A program made the position numbers and the translations under genes. A DNA stretch of 64,000 nucleotides from the NCBI RefSeq assembly GCF_006345805.1, contig NC_043001.1:90148001-90212000 (forward strand), in the 5' to 3' direction. Below the pieces are notes generated by a model. The model did not search any database. It worked only from the letters and a program-made list of their open reading frames with translations, and was not told the origin of the DNA. Below are positions 13,477-25,984 of this stretch, piece by piece. The stretch is from Octopus sinensis (Eukaryota). The stretch's first letter is position 1, and every line of letters begins with the position of its first letter.

Positions 13477-13665
13477 AATTATAAACAACTATAAACGAGG
13501 GCAAAAGAAGAAAGATTTCTATGACAATATGCTGAGAATAGACTTTAAATCGTCAATCACCACATTACAATATACATTCACCATGAATACACGTCCTGCT
13601 GAAATCGAAGAAGGCAAGCTAACAGAGGCATAGGCATCTTTTTTCTTTTGCCCTTGTTTATAATT
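13477..13665. mobile_element. MITE-like element with ~27 bp terminal inverted repeats
   Basis: tataaacgagggcaaaagaagaaagat (13490-13516) is the reverse complement of atcttttttcttttgcccttgtttata (13636-13662) with 2 mismatches. Confidence 0.6.
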
Positions 13666-15199
13666 GTACACACACACACACACACACACATATGTAAACT
13701 GAACATGATGAAAGCATAATTTTATCGACGAGTCAGAAATGTTAGAGTGGAATAAAAGACTAGGTTAACCACACAGAGACATTATCTGCATTAAAACTAA
13801 TCGGTGAGGTCAATACAAACTTACTTAAAACGTAAAATAAACATTAGACATATTTTACCTTCCGAAGAAACAGTAAGTATTGATTATAGATAAAGGAAAC
13901 TCTTCTGAATGTGACTAGAGCGATCGCAATACCACAATATTGGAAACCCTTCCGTATCTTCAGCAGGTATCTCAGGGTCACACATGTTTCGCCCCTAGTC
14001 TGTACGCTTCGCTTTGAGTAGGGCTGCGAGGACTGAATTATCCGTCACCTGTAGAAAGAAGCAATCTGCGGTATCTTGACAATCACAACCAACTTGGTCT
14101 CAGCTGACATGGTCATCTACTTGGGAGTTTTCTACAGTTGTCTGGGTTCATAAAACAGCCCATTGGTCTTGTTACAAAAGCGTGACAGACGACATCAATA
14201 GGAAACAAAGGCGCGTGCCACCCTTTGACAAGTACCTCATAAACCAAGCTTTGGCGTTAATTGTGAGCTCAGAAGGCTTTGCTTGTGGTGAAGAGAACGA
14301 ATCATTAGCTTAAAAAATCAGTTCGACGTTGGTTCTATTATCTTCCTTGACCAGAAATAATCAGATATATAACATAATTGCTTGTTTGTAGAAGACTAAC
14401 TTTGGCTTGGGTCAGTTTAATAAAAAAAACTGGTTCATTTATTTAACAATTGTGCGGCGGTGAAAAGTGAAGCTAAACATGACGAGATTTGAAATCAAAA
14501 GTAAAGGAGATGTAATGAAGCTTATCTCTCTTCTAGTCTCTCTGAACCAACTTCCCCACTCTTTGTCCTTTATATTAATCTGATTTAAAGTGTAGGCTCT
14601 CCTCCTTTACTGTTTTTGATAAGAATTGTTATTAACACTAGCGTATTTTGTTCTCTTTGCTAGTTTCTTTTTATATTGATTTAAAATATTCCCAATTGTT
14701 GATTGTATGAAATAGTCTAAACGGCATTTAGCTCTATATCAATATCCAATATATGTATAGATTTTGTTTCGAATTATGCGACAGCTCTGATTTCAAAATT
14801 ATCATTTCTAGAACTTAAAATAAACACTTTTTTCAGTAATGAGGGCGAAATAACAGAATCTTAAGAGATGCAGGTAAAATGCTTTTTGGTATTTCGTTAT
14901 GTCTCTTCTTTAAGAAATGTGTTTGAATCCTGCCGTGATCGATTTTGTATTTTATCCTTCAGGGAATTGATAATATTAAGTGCCAATCAAGCACTAGTGG
15001 TTGACTAATCGGCTATATCACTCTCTGCCAATTTTAGGAATCAATATACTATGCTACGTTTCGATCGGTTTGATCCGATTGTTAACAGGGGTTTCATTCT
15101 TAGATGTTAACTTAGTTGTAGACAGGCTTCGAATTAGATACCTTGATTTCTAAACTAAAGCCAATAATGGTGTTGCCGTCAATTTAATAGCGTCATTTC

Positions 15200-17545
15200 C
15201 TTATTTTAAAAGTAAAATTACCTAAATATTGGAAACCACTTTAGAACTAAGTGGACATTCAGGAATAATGGCACCAAATGATGCTCAGGTAAAACCTATC
15301 GAAACTTAGTGAAGATGTAAATATTGAAAAAATCCTTCATCGTTGGAGGTGAGAGATAACCCAATACGAACTCATCTCAGATATTTTTACTTTGATTACT
15401 CTGAAAAGAATAGTGACGTAAATGAAGTGAAATGGTTGTAATCGCAAATCGAAATAGGATCGCAAATTCGGTTTATTAGAAAATAATAATTATAACCTCC
15501 TCGCCTCCCATGGAAGAAATTGAAAGCTTTTTGAAAAAGATTTGGAGTGATGAGAAGATATATGATGAAAAGGCAGGCCGGATTAGACGCACAGAAAGAT
15601 TCTGCCAAAATTTACAAGAACAAGCATGGGGAGACATCGCAGTAGGATGACTTTCACGAAAGCTCATAACTCCCGGTAAAGATGGAATGCCAAATGTCTG
15701 GCCCTCATCCCGTGCGCACATGAAAAGTTAGTTCAGTTGTTCAATGAAATGATGAGATATCCAACGAAAACACCTGATTGGTTAGCAAGTGATCTTGCTT
15801 ATCTATCCCTAAAGAATAATGAAGCCAAAATTAAAAAAACACTATTGGCTCATAGCCTGTTTATCCAGTGCTTACAAAAATTTTAACACCTATACTCGTG
15901 GAGAAATCATATGCATTTATGGAAGAGAACGATATTTTCCTCACAAAACAAACAGATGCCGATGTGGCTCATATGGATGCAAAGATAACTAATTAATGGC
16001 ATAATCCTTGAAAACTGTTATAATAATCGCAGAGATCTCACTTCCGCATGGTTTGGTTACAAAATGGCCTTATGTCTATGTCAGCCTACAGCATTCATGG
16101 CTCTTGAAATCGCTGGACATCTCCAAAATTTCTCTTGTAATTTGAAACTTCCTGAATCATAATATGTTATTGTGGAACGTGTATCTTCATTTATATAATT
16201 CTAATGGAGAACTAGCTTCAAACTATTAACATCAACTGTAGCGTTTTCCAACGTGATTCTCTTTCACCTCTAACTTTTTGCATAGCACCAATACTCCTTA
16301 TGAGTGAACTTAACGGGGTATGGGTATAAAATTGACAACATGAAAATAAGTCATCTATTTTATATGGAAGGCTTGAAACTCTATGGCAAAGGCAATGATG
16401 AACTTGAAGACCTCTTACGTACTGTAAAAGTATTCAATGATGATATTGGGATGGAGTTTGGTCTCGATAAATGTGCCAAAGCCATTTCCAGAAAGGGCAA
16501 ACTGAATACTTCAAATTCAGTCGCGTTAGATGTTGGTATAGTTATAAAAGATCTTGAGCAGAAACAAACTTATTAACACCTCGCAGGAATAAATAAAGGC
16601 TCTGGCATTCAGCATGCAAGCATGAAAGAGAAGATCAAGAAAGAATGTGATAGGAAAGTTCAAGCTGTCCTGAAATCTGAGTTAAATTTACATAACAAGG
16701 TGTTAGCCATAAATTCCTTAGCAGTTATAGTTGTTATAGCTTCAACATGTTGAACTAAAACATCAGTGAAATAAAGAAATTGACAGAAAAATACCTAATC
16801 TGCTGACTTGTAAAAGGATGCACCATCCAAAGACAGACGAGGATCACCAGGAGATCCAAATTTGATCCAATTTCAAATCCCTTACAAAACTATCACAAAT
16901 GAACTGGTAAAATATATTGAAACTACTACCTACTGGACGCTAAAACCCGCCGAAAATCAGGAGAGGCATAAGAACATTCGTTCTGCCTTGAAAGAGAGAA
17001 AAAACTTGCAATTGATTTCATGCATGACACCCTGACTGAACAGCCTGAGGGAAATGCTGTAACTGTTGTTGCAAGAAAGGTAAAATTAATGACAAGGAAA
17101 AAAGTGCATAAACAATTGATTGTGTGTGTGTGGGGGGGGGGAACACTCAGCATGGCAAATATGTAGGCCGTAGCAAAAAAACAAAAAACATAATATTGAC
17201 CAGAAGCACACCTGTCAGCGGCTACGGAGCTCAGGGCTAAAGACAGGAAACGAAGGCTTCATATTAGCTACTCAAGATCAAAGCTTATCGACCCAGAACT
17301 ACCAAGCCAATGTGATGAGAAATAAAATACAACCAAAGCGCCGATTCTGCAATAATGAGATTGAAACAGCGGACTACTTAATCCCAGGATGAAACGTTTT
17401 CGCACCATTAGAGCATAAATCAAGACATGACAGAGTTGGCCAATGTCTACACTGGTTAATATATCGGCATTATAAAATCAAAAGAGTTCACAAGTTGTAT
17501 AAACACCACCCTGAGACTGTAACTGAGGAGAAAATGTAACAATTT
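15200..17545 (+). pseudogene. Degenerate R4/Dong-type (RLE) non-LTR retrotransposon
   Basis: Fragments PPPMEEIESFLKKIWSDEK, PGKDGMPNVW, DSLSPL, KISHLFYMEGLKLYGK...DDIGMEFGLDKCAK, RMHHPK, HDRVGQCLHW; colinear with the better copy at 54.7-56.2 kb. Confidence 0.85.
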
Positions 17546-18132
17546 TTTAATACACGCCTTTATTTGATTTTGCAAATGAATAATCTGGCGCGCTCGTTTT
17601 AATGGCTTACCAATGTATACTGTCAGTTCCTTTGCTCTAGATGCCTGGAAGACACTCGGCAAGAAATGAAAACAAAATTGAAAGAAGTAAGAATAATAAT
17701 ATAAAGAAGTAAGAATAATGATATAAGAATAATAAAATATATGGTATTCTTTATGTCTGAAATTTTTGTGCCTTTTATAAATCAGTTTTCTTTTCATACT
17801 TAATGAAAGACCCATTACTTTATTAGAGAAGGGATATATGATTATGTAACCATCATAACATTATTTGGAGATATTGTAAGAAATCAATATTAAGATGATT
17901 TAAATAAAACTTAAGAAGACTTTCGTCAGTAAACTCCTCTGAAGGTTGCAATTACAGAATGATTGATGCAAGACTTAATTCTGAATACAAGTCTGACAGG
18001 TTGACGCCAGTGCTGAATGCCAGTTTTTGAATTATATCCAGTATCAATTCACCTTTCTTCCTGACTTGAATTTTCTCAGAATAATAAAAAGAAAATTATT
18101 TGCCTTTAAGCAGAGATCGTCCCGTCTACATA

Positions 18133-18364
18133 TTGGGTTGTCAGATATATTTGTTCGTTTTTCTACTTGGCTCTCTGTCATCATATGTCTGAAAAGAAGT
18201 AAAATTTATGTAAATTTCAAAAACGATAAACAAAAGTTGTAGAGGGAGAACAGAGCTACAAAAACCCCTATAAAGCATCATGATAAAAATATTTTTCAAA
18301 TAACATTGAAAAGGATTGAGATAAATAGAAAAAAAAAAACGAACGAACTTACCTGACAACCCAA
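18133..18364. mobile_element. Mariner-type MITE (232 bp)
   Basis: TA|ttgggttgtcagata...ttcgtt and aacgaacttacctgacaacccaa|TA terminal inverted repeats. Confidence 0.75.
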
Positions 18365-19961
18365 TATATTAAGATCAATGACTAAATAGCTAAACATGTT
18401 TCTGCGTGTCACTCCTTAATGAGTTGTAAAACAATCTAGTTCTGTTTTAAGCAATTTAGGTTTATCTAGCAGGTAAGAAACTCGGTAAATTTGGAATAAC
18501 GTGAGTTAAGGAAAATGAGTATTTAACATAAAAACAGAAAAATAAGGGGTAGGATGAGTGTTTGCTGATCAAAAAACTAGAGAAGAGAAATAAGGGGATG
18601 TGCGGAGTTTGCTAACATAGAAAATGGAGAGTCTGTGAGGTGTTTGCTAATCAAGAGGGCTGTGAAGAAAAATAAAGTGTCGGAAAGTGTCTGCATTTCA
18701 AAAACGGCATCAGTAACGTGATTAGATTGTGAAGATCAAAATACAGATATATGAAGGGCAAATGAAGTCAGTCAATCAAAACTCGAAATAGCTTCAAGTA
18801 GGCTTGTCTTGTTTCAACCTACGTATAACAACTGCAATACTCATGTGGTTGACACAAATCTTAGTCAATAGAATCCATGTAATTACATGAAGAACTTGTT
18901 TTATGGGACAGCAAAGAGACGGAAGAGAAAGTCGATCCAGGCATGGATAACTTTAATTAAAGCAATTTATTCATAGAAAAATATATGACAACGTATTCTG
19001 AAGTTGGTACAAAGCTTCAAATATGTAAGGGATGGGTGCGTTTGAATGAATTATACTTCACTAAATCAGTGGTGCCTATTTTATCAATTCGAAATGCAAG
19101 ACTTCGGTAGTTTTTGAACTCAAAAGATCGTCCCTGAACACTGCAAGAAATTTCGTGCTGCACACTATCGATTCCGCTGCCCACCACTCTCTTACATCAA
19201 TAATATTGATTTCTAAGTTAGTCACAAGAATACAAATTTGAGAGAGAGAGAGAATAATCGATCATATTGATCCTCACAGCTAAATTAATTTTATCGACTC
19301 TGAAGGCATAAAATGTAAAAGCCACTCCATTAAAATATTTGAACATTGCTATTTAATACTGAATGCTCAACAATGTATCGGGTTATCTTCTACACGGAAA
19401 GAAGTGAGAATGAGTTTACCTCCATATATCTGGTGACGAAGGCGTTGTATGGGCTGAGCGCTGGTCACCTGATTCGAAAGACTTGATCCCGTGGGTAGGT
19501 GTGATCGAAGAAATTAATGTAGGTGTTGTCTTGTTGATGATGGAGAGGAGTTAGTTGATGTTAGAATTTGTGAAGATCAAATTACAGAAATCAGAAGGGC
19601 AAACGAAGTCAGTCAATAAATAAGTCAGCAGGTGGGAGAGTAGGTATTGAGATGTAGAGAAAGAGACAACGTAGAAGCCGAAAGCATACCTGTTATATAT
19701 TAGGGTTTCTGGTTCGGGTCTTTGGAGCACCCTTTTAGAGTTACTGATGCGTCCAAAAATGGTTTGAAGTATAGCTTTAAGGGTCTAAAAGAAAATACAG
19801 AAGATCTAGCACAGAGTTTCTTTTAAGCTAGAAATATTGGCTCTAATCATATAAGTCAGGGTCTATGTTTATATAGTTCTATATTTAAGAGATGAGGAAT
19901 TATGTACATTATTTACATTATTTACATTCGACGGATATTTGTCTTCATCTTGTTTGTTGTT

Positions 19962-20007
19962 AACACAACGTTTCGGCTGATATCCCCTCCAGCCTTTTTC
20001 AGGTGTC
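19962..20007 (-). ncRNA. Minimal hammerhead ribozyme motif (G8->A mutated copy)
   Basis: GACAC-CTGAAAA-A-GGCTG/CAGCC-GAAAC-GTT-GTGTT; stem I and stem II pair, core G8 lost. Confidence 0.55.
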
Positions 20008-20054
20008 TTGGGGAAATTTCGAACCTGGGTTCTCATTCCTAAGGTATTTTTCGA

Positions 20055-20115
<61 letters not shown>

Positions 20116-20244
20116 GTTATTGTTCAGGTCACTGCTTGGAATCGAACTCGGAATCTTGGAGTTAGTAGCCCACGCTCTAAACCACTACGCCATATGCCCG
20201 AAAAATACCTTAGGAATGAGAACCCAGGGTCGAAATTTCCCCAA

Positions 20245-20290
20245 GACACCTGAAGAAGGCTGGAGGGTATATCATCTGAAACGTTGTGTT
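20245..20290 (+). ncRNA. Minimal hammerhead ribozyme motif (intact core, damaged stem II)
   Basis: GACAC-CTGAAGA-A-GGCTG...CATCT-GAAAC-GTT-GTGTT; palindromic AACGTT stem III. Confidence 0.6.
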
Positions 20291-20911
20291 AACAACAAAC
20301 AAGATGAGGACAAATATCCGTCGAATGTAAATAATGTCTATGTTTATATGCTTGATTAGTTAGTAAATCTCTGTTTCTAGAGATGAAGGTAGATTTACAC
20401 TTAGTATGAAGTAAAATACATTGCAGTTGCTATTAACCGTAATATCGGTAACCTACAGATAAACTAAGTCAACAAAGGAAACACACACAAAAAAAAAAAA
20501 AGAAATCAACTGAATGCATGACAGTTAATACAATAAATAAACACACGTTATAGTCACTATGCATTACAAGACACGAACCAATTCCTCATTGCACATATAT
20601 CACCCCACATAGAAGCTACTTCTGCACGGAACACAATCAAGAGCAACAAACTCTATACATTTACACTCGTACTATGAATGTAAATTAAAGGATTTCGTCG
20701 TATGTATGTATGTATGTATGTATGTATGTATGTATGTATGTATGTATGTATGTATGTATGTATGTATGTATGCATGTATGTGTTTGTATGTGTATGTATG
20801 TATGCGTATATATGTATATACACATATATGTATGCGTGTATGAATGTAATAATAATACTGTAATTGTTCCACGTGTTGTTGTTTTTTCTGTTTTCCCGTT
20901 TGGATTAACCC

Positions 20912-20957
<46 letters not shown>

Positions 20958-22063
20958 CATGTATGTATGTATGTATGTATGTATGTATGTATGTATGTAC
21001 GGTGCGAGTAAAAAGTGAACAATATGCAACCAATATTTAGAACTCCATTAATATCTATATACATCGAAAGTGAAACCTGTCAATAAAATCTGTATATTTT
21101 TATGAAGCACTTCATATTCTGGTCTCCATAATTACAAAGATCATAGAATGTACGTAGAAAAAGGTCGGAATGTAGGCTTTAAAAGTATTTCCTTATGTCA
21201 TTCTTACACAAATTTCAGCGAACATTTTAATCTTCGTTGATATAGTGTAAGAGTAATATACGGAAATTGTTAGTGAATGGCCTATAAAGATATATGATAT
21301 ATGATACACACACACACACACACATGTTAAATAAAATGAGACAACAAAACCAACTCTAATATTTCCCTCTATTTAACTATCTCACATCGTCTCTGATTAA
21401 GGTATATACCTAACATCCCAGAAACAGCTGTATGACTAACTTTCTCTTTGACTAATTTTTTCTTTTATTCAGTCTAGTGCCATTAACAGCGTGCCTTAAG
21501 ATACTTTATCGTGGTTTGTGGCTAACTACCCTTTCTAGCATCTAAGAAGTCCTGTCAAGGATCTTTTCTCAGTGTACATATGTATATATGTATGTATGTA
21601 TGGGGTCTCGGAGAGCTTATGAGCAGCATGAACATTTGATCACTATAAACAAATCATTTGTGTAGGTCCTTCAGTAAAATGTTGAACTCCCATACGTTGT
21701 CTTCGACAGGAGAGTCTGCCATACACACACACACACACACACACATGCGTAAGTATATATATTCTTTCTTAAGCTTTTATGAAGGGGTTCTTAACCCGAA
21801 ATGTCAGGACTAATAAAATAGATTTTAAATTTGTTTTCACTGTCTTTGTTACTATTATTTATTACATCTAGTATATAATAACCGTTGCTATTACCTTCTT
21901 TACCTTTTGTGCAGGGTAGCACAAATTTCAAGGGTACAGGGGACCCTTCGAGTTTTCTAAAGCAAACTGCTCTAGAGGTGGCGTTTCGATAAAATTACTG
22001 CCTATATACACAGATAAGAAGCTGCGATATAACCGATCAAAAATATCACTCTCCGTGAGACAG

Positions 22064-22275
22064 CTGGTCTGCAGTTATATCACTCTCTCAAGGAGAGTGA
22101 TATAGCTGCAGACCAGAATATAGTGAAGTCGGAGGAAGAGAAAGTCCGGAAGAACCAAGACCTAGCATTGGAAGTGAAACGTATTCATAGAGCTTCAAAA
22201 GTGAGTGTGGTACCTATCGTGACCAATTCTCTTGGGACCATCTCAAATGGAACACGATTCTGGTATCAAAGGCTA
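22064..22275 (+). mobile_element. 3'-terminal fragment of an R4/Dong-type LINE (RLE domain end) with a 5' snap-back hairpin
   Basis: Translation AADQNIVKSEEEKVRKNQDLALEVKRIHRASKVSVVPIVTNSLGTIS matches the RLE C-terminus pattern of 55422-56111; followed by (GAT)n(AAT)n. Confidence 0.75.
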
Positions 22276-22320
22276 CAAGAAGTAGCTGAGACATGATAAA
22301 GATAAATTAGAAGTTAAGTG

Positions 22321-22324
22321 AATA

Positions 22325-22395
<71 letters not shown>

Positions 22396-22402
22396 AATAA
22401 TG

Positions 22403-22450
<48 letters not shown>
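22321..22450. repeat. Compound (GAT)n-(AAT)n microsatellite
   Basis: Direct reading; source of the poly-M and poly-I spurious ORFs. Confidence 0.97.
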
Positions 22451-22604
22451 GGCAAGAAGGAAGGCGAAAAGATAGATAGATACAACCCTCTTAAGTACGA
22501 AATAGCCCAGTAATGGAAAATGAAGAAGGTGAAGATAGTGCTAATTATTGTTGGGAACAACATCAGATGATGAAATGCAAAGACGACCTCGGCGAAATTT
22601 GAAA

Positions 22605-22654
<50 letters not shown>

Positions 22655-22679
22655 TATAATAATAATAATAATAATCCTT

Positions 22680-22795
22680 TCTACTATTGGTACATCGACC
22701 GCAGTACTCAATTGGTACTTAATTTATCGACCCCGAAAAGATAAAAAGCAAAGTCGACCTCGCTGGAATTTGAACTTAGAACATAAAGACCCGTT
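22680..22795 (-). mobile_element. tRNA-derived SINE (second family) fragment in (TAA)n
   Basis: ggtacttaatttatcgaccccgaaaag...gtcgacctcgctggaatttgaac. Confidence 0.7.
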
Positions 22796-23713
22796 TCAGG
22801 GTCGGCAAGATAAGTACTAGCAACATTTTGCACAAGTGAGATTTTCTATAGCCGCGGTCGACTCATAATTTGAGAATAAAATTGAACTGACGGAAACTGC
22901 CTAGAAGCTCGCCCTGTGGATTATACCCGTAACTCACAAAACATCCTTGTCACATACTCTATCACGTGTGATTCTACTTGAGAATTATGGTTAGTCTACT
23001 CTTACCTGTAGAATTCGCAGCCACAATTCTATGAGCGGGCAATTATATGATCGAACAACTGAATCATCGTTGTAGAACGACGGAAATTCACCACTGCAGC
23101 CACCACCATAACAACAACAACAGGAACACTGTCGCCACCATAGTTCAGCTTGAGCTTTTTGAAGTTTTAATGAACAACCCGATTGCTAGGTCGAGAACGT
23201 TAGGTGGATGATGAACAGAGGAAAAAGAAATTCGCAGTAAATCAAGATGAAATTACTCTCAGAGAGAAAAAAACTGGCAGAAATATAAAGTGCCTATTGA
23301 AAAACATTTTATTTAATACATTATCGCACGGAAATAATTACGTAATCCTATATACGTTCATTTCGTAAAAAAGAAAAACATATTTTAGCCTTTCTATGAA
23401 ATCGATCTGAGGTTAAAACATTATCCAGAGACAGCATGCAAGTCAAACAACTCAAGTAACGTGAATTCGACCGCATTTAAATCATTAGCTTCGGTATAAA
23501 CAATTATGTTTTAGAATTATTTTAAGCGAAGACTAAAATTACATTCTCACGTATGCGTTTAATATACTCAAAACATAATGGAGTCGTTTTATGAGGTCTC
23601 TACTCCTTAATATACCCACAGCGTATTTTTTTCGGTCTTCGTTTCCGTCGCCGCTATTACCATGTGACCGCCATGATGATTGTCGTTGTTGGCAGTTATA
23701 GACCGCTTGCGTA

Positions 23714-24558
23714 CCGAGGTGGTATCAAAAAGTTCCCGGATTAGTTTTGTAGCGCGCCAACAGATGGCAGCACACAGTTGCGTACGCAGTGAGAGGTAGC
23801 AGTAATCTTCATGAAGTAGTGTGTCGAGTGACATCGCTGTGTTAACTTCGTAAGTTGTGAAAGTTATGTTTTTGTGATCACGTGTATGTTGTAGTCTGCG
23901 ATTTTTTTCATGGACAGGAAGTTGGAAGAAAGAGCCAACGTGAAATTTTGCGTTTAACTTCGGAAACCTGCTTCAGAGGCATTGAACATGTTTTGGCAAG
24001 CTTACGGCGATGAGGTAATGTGTCGTACACGATGTTTCGAGTAGTACGTCCGCTTCAAAAGCGGAGGACCGTCCATGGAAGACGATGAGTGACCTGGAAG
24101 ACCTGCCACGAGCGTCATCCCCGGAAATGTTGAGAAAATTTATCATCTGTCGTATGAGTCAGTGCAGCTAATTTTAACATCTGAATTGAACACGACGACA
24201 ATGCACTCTGTCACCGAACTAATCCTCAGTTGTGAATTTCTCACCAAAAACACCATGGTATCGCTTCTGCTCTTGTCCTATTCGCCAGATTTAGCATCTG
24301 AAATTTCTATCTCTTCACCAAGATAAAATGCAGCTCAAAAGTCACTGTTTTAACACCGTTGTCGAGACCTAGAGCGAATCGCAGAAGGTCCTCGACTCGC
24401 TTACAGAAAACGGCCTCCAGGCCGAAATCCAAAGGTAGGAGGATCGCTGGGACCGGTGCATTCCTGCACAAGGTGACTATTTTGAAAGAGATGATATTAA
24501 AACTTAGTTATTTTTTTATTAAACATAACTAGTCCGAGGATCTTTTGATATCGCCTCG
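23714..24558 (+). mobile_element. Internally deleted mariner element (845 bp)
   Basis: TA-flanked TIRs ccgaggtggtatcaaaaagttcccggattag / ctagtccgaggatcttttgatatcgcctcg. N-terminal HTH fragment (ERANVKFCV...QAYGDEVMCRTRCFE...EDDE*PGRP) joined to C-terminal YSPDLAS...RWDRCIPAQGDYFE. Confidence 0.9.
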
Positions 24559-24862
24559 TACATATTGTGGCAATCTGTTTTAACAGGTGCAAGTTTCGCG
24601 ATGTTCAATGATAAAGAAAGTCCATTTTGAAATAGTAGATTAATTTACGAGGTTTTACATAAGGTAGGGGATATTGAAAAGGATTTTATTCGAGCACAAG
24701 AGAAATATCTTTTAACTCATATCTTGTGTAGTGCAGATCTTTTCCGGAGGTTTAAATTCCGCTATATTTCTAAAGTAGACAAACACCCTTAATCTAAGCA
24801 TTATTTTATGTCTCACGGAGCCCTGTTGTGAGATTATTCCTTAGATCCCATATGCTCAACAG

Positions 24863-24987
<125 letters not shown>

Positions 24988-25088
24988 ATATGCATATGTG
25001 TGTGTGTGTATATATGTATATGTATATATATGTATATATATATGTATGTATATATGTGTGTGTGTGTCTGTATGTATACACACACACT

Positions 25089-25120
<32 letters not shown>

Positions 25121-25768
25121 GACTGAGTGAGAGAGAGAGAGAGAGAGAAGGCGAGAGAGAGAGAAAAGTACACATGACTGGCGTTTAAATTTACGACACC
25201 TGTTTCTGAAAAATGTTATTAATGTATCAGGTAAAATTTAAACATGTCAGATTTTAAAACAGGTGAAACCTCTTACATCGATCTGAACAGATCCAAAGCC
25301 AGCTGGATCTATATCGATAGACAGACAAGCAGTCAGACAAATAGCTAGTTAGCTAGCAAGATATTTTTTACAAAGAAAAGGTCTAAACTTACTTCGAAGT
25401 TTCGGATTCCTAGTCATCATCATGCTGTAGTCTAATTTAGTCTCTCAGGTTTTATATAAATTGTTTTTGGCAGTGTATTCTTTTTGGTAGGTGAAATAAT
25501 GTAAATGAAAATTAGGTTTGGTGTAGGCATGCAGAAGTAGTTGTGTAGGAAGGGAGATGGAAAACAGGAGAAATGTATATGTTTGTAGGATGTATGGAGA
25601 AAGAAACGAATGGTAGAGACAGTTTTTCTGGTTTGAGAAGGGAAATATCTTATCGCTTCATTTCAATCAAGTATGTATGCAAAGGAGTAAACTTTTATAG
25701 GGGGTCTCTGCATATAAGATAGTGCTGTGCTATTTTAGGGTCCTTAATAATGTGTGTATGCACATACA

Positions 25769-25820
<52 letters not shown>

Positions 25821-25946
25821 TACACACACATATATATATATATATATAACGGGAAGCTTTATGAAAATAAACAAAAGACGAAGGCAGGTGGAAAACAAAC
25901 GAACAATTGTATTAGTATGGCGCTCAGGAAATATAAATAAAACAAG

Positions 25947-25984
25947 TCTTTAACGTTTCGAGCCTACGCTCTTCAACAGAAAGA
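25947..25984 (-). ncRNA. Minimal hammerhead ribozyme motif, CUGUUGA (A6U) variant
   Basis: TCTTT-CTGTTGA-A-GAGC(GTAG)GCTC-GAAAC-GTT-AAAGA: 5 bp stem I, 4 bp stem II, palindromic AACGTT. Confidence 0.6.

Larger units (their letters stand above)
19875..20337 (-). mobile_element. tRNA-headed element with Penelope-like hammerhead tail and 5' inverted tail copy
   Basis: 139 bp inverted arms 19915-20053 / 20199-20337; tRNA-like head 20198-20121 with A box (20182-20192) and B box (20138-20149); (AAT)n spacer; 14 bp direct repeat gtctatgtttatat at 19861-19874 and 20336-20349. Confidence 0.8.

Noticed and set aside
13880-14060. Minus-strand acceptor (ttctttctacag at ~14050) followed by coding-looking DNA
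   Set aside because: All three frames stop within 18 codons and no donor site was found.
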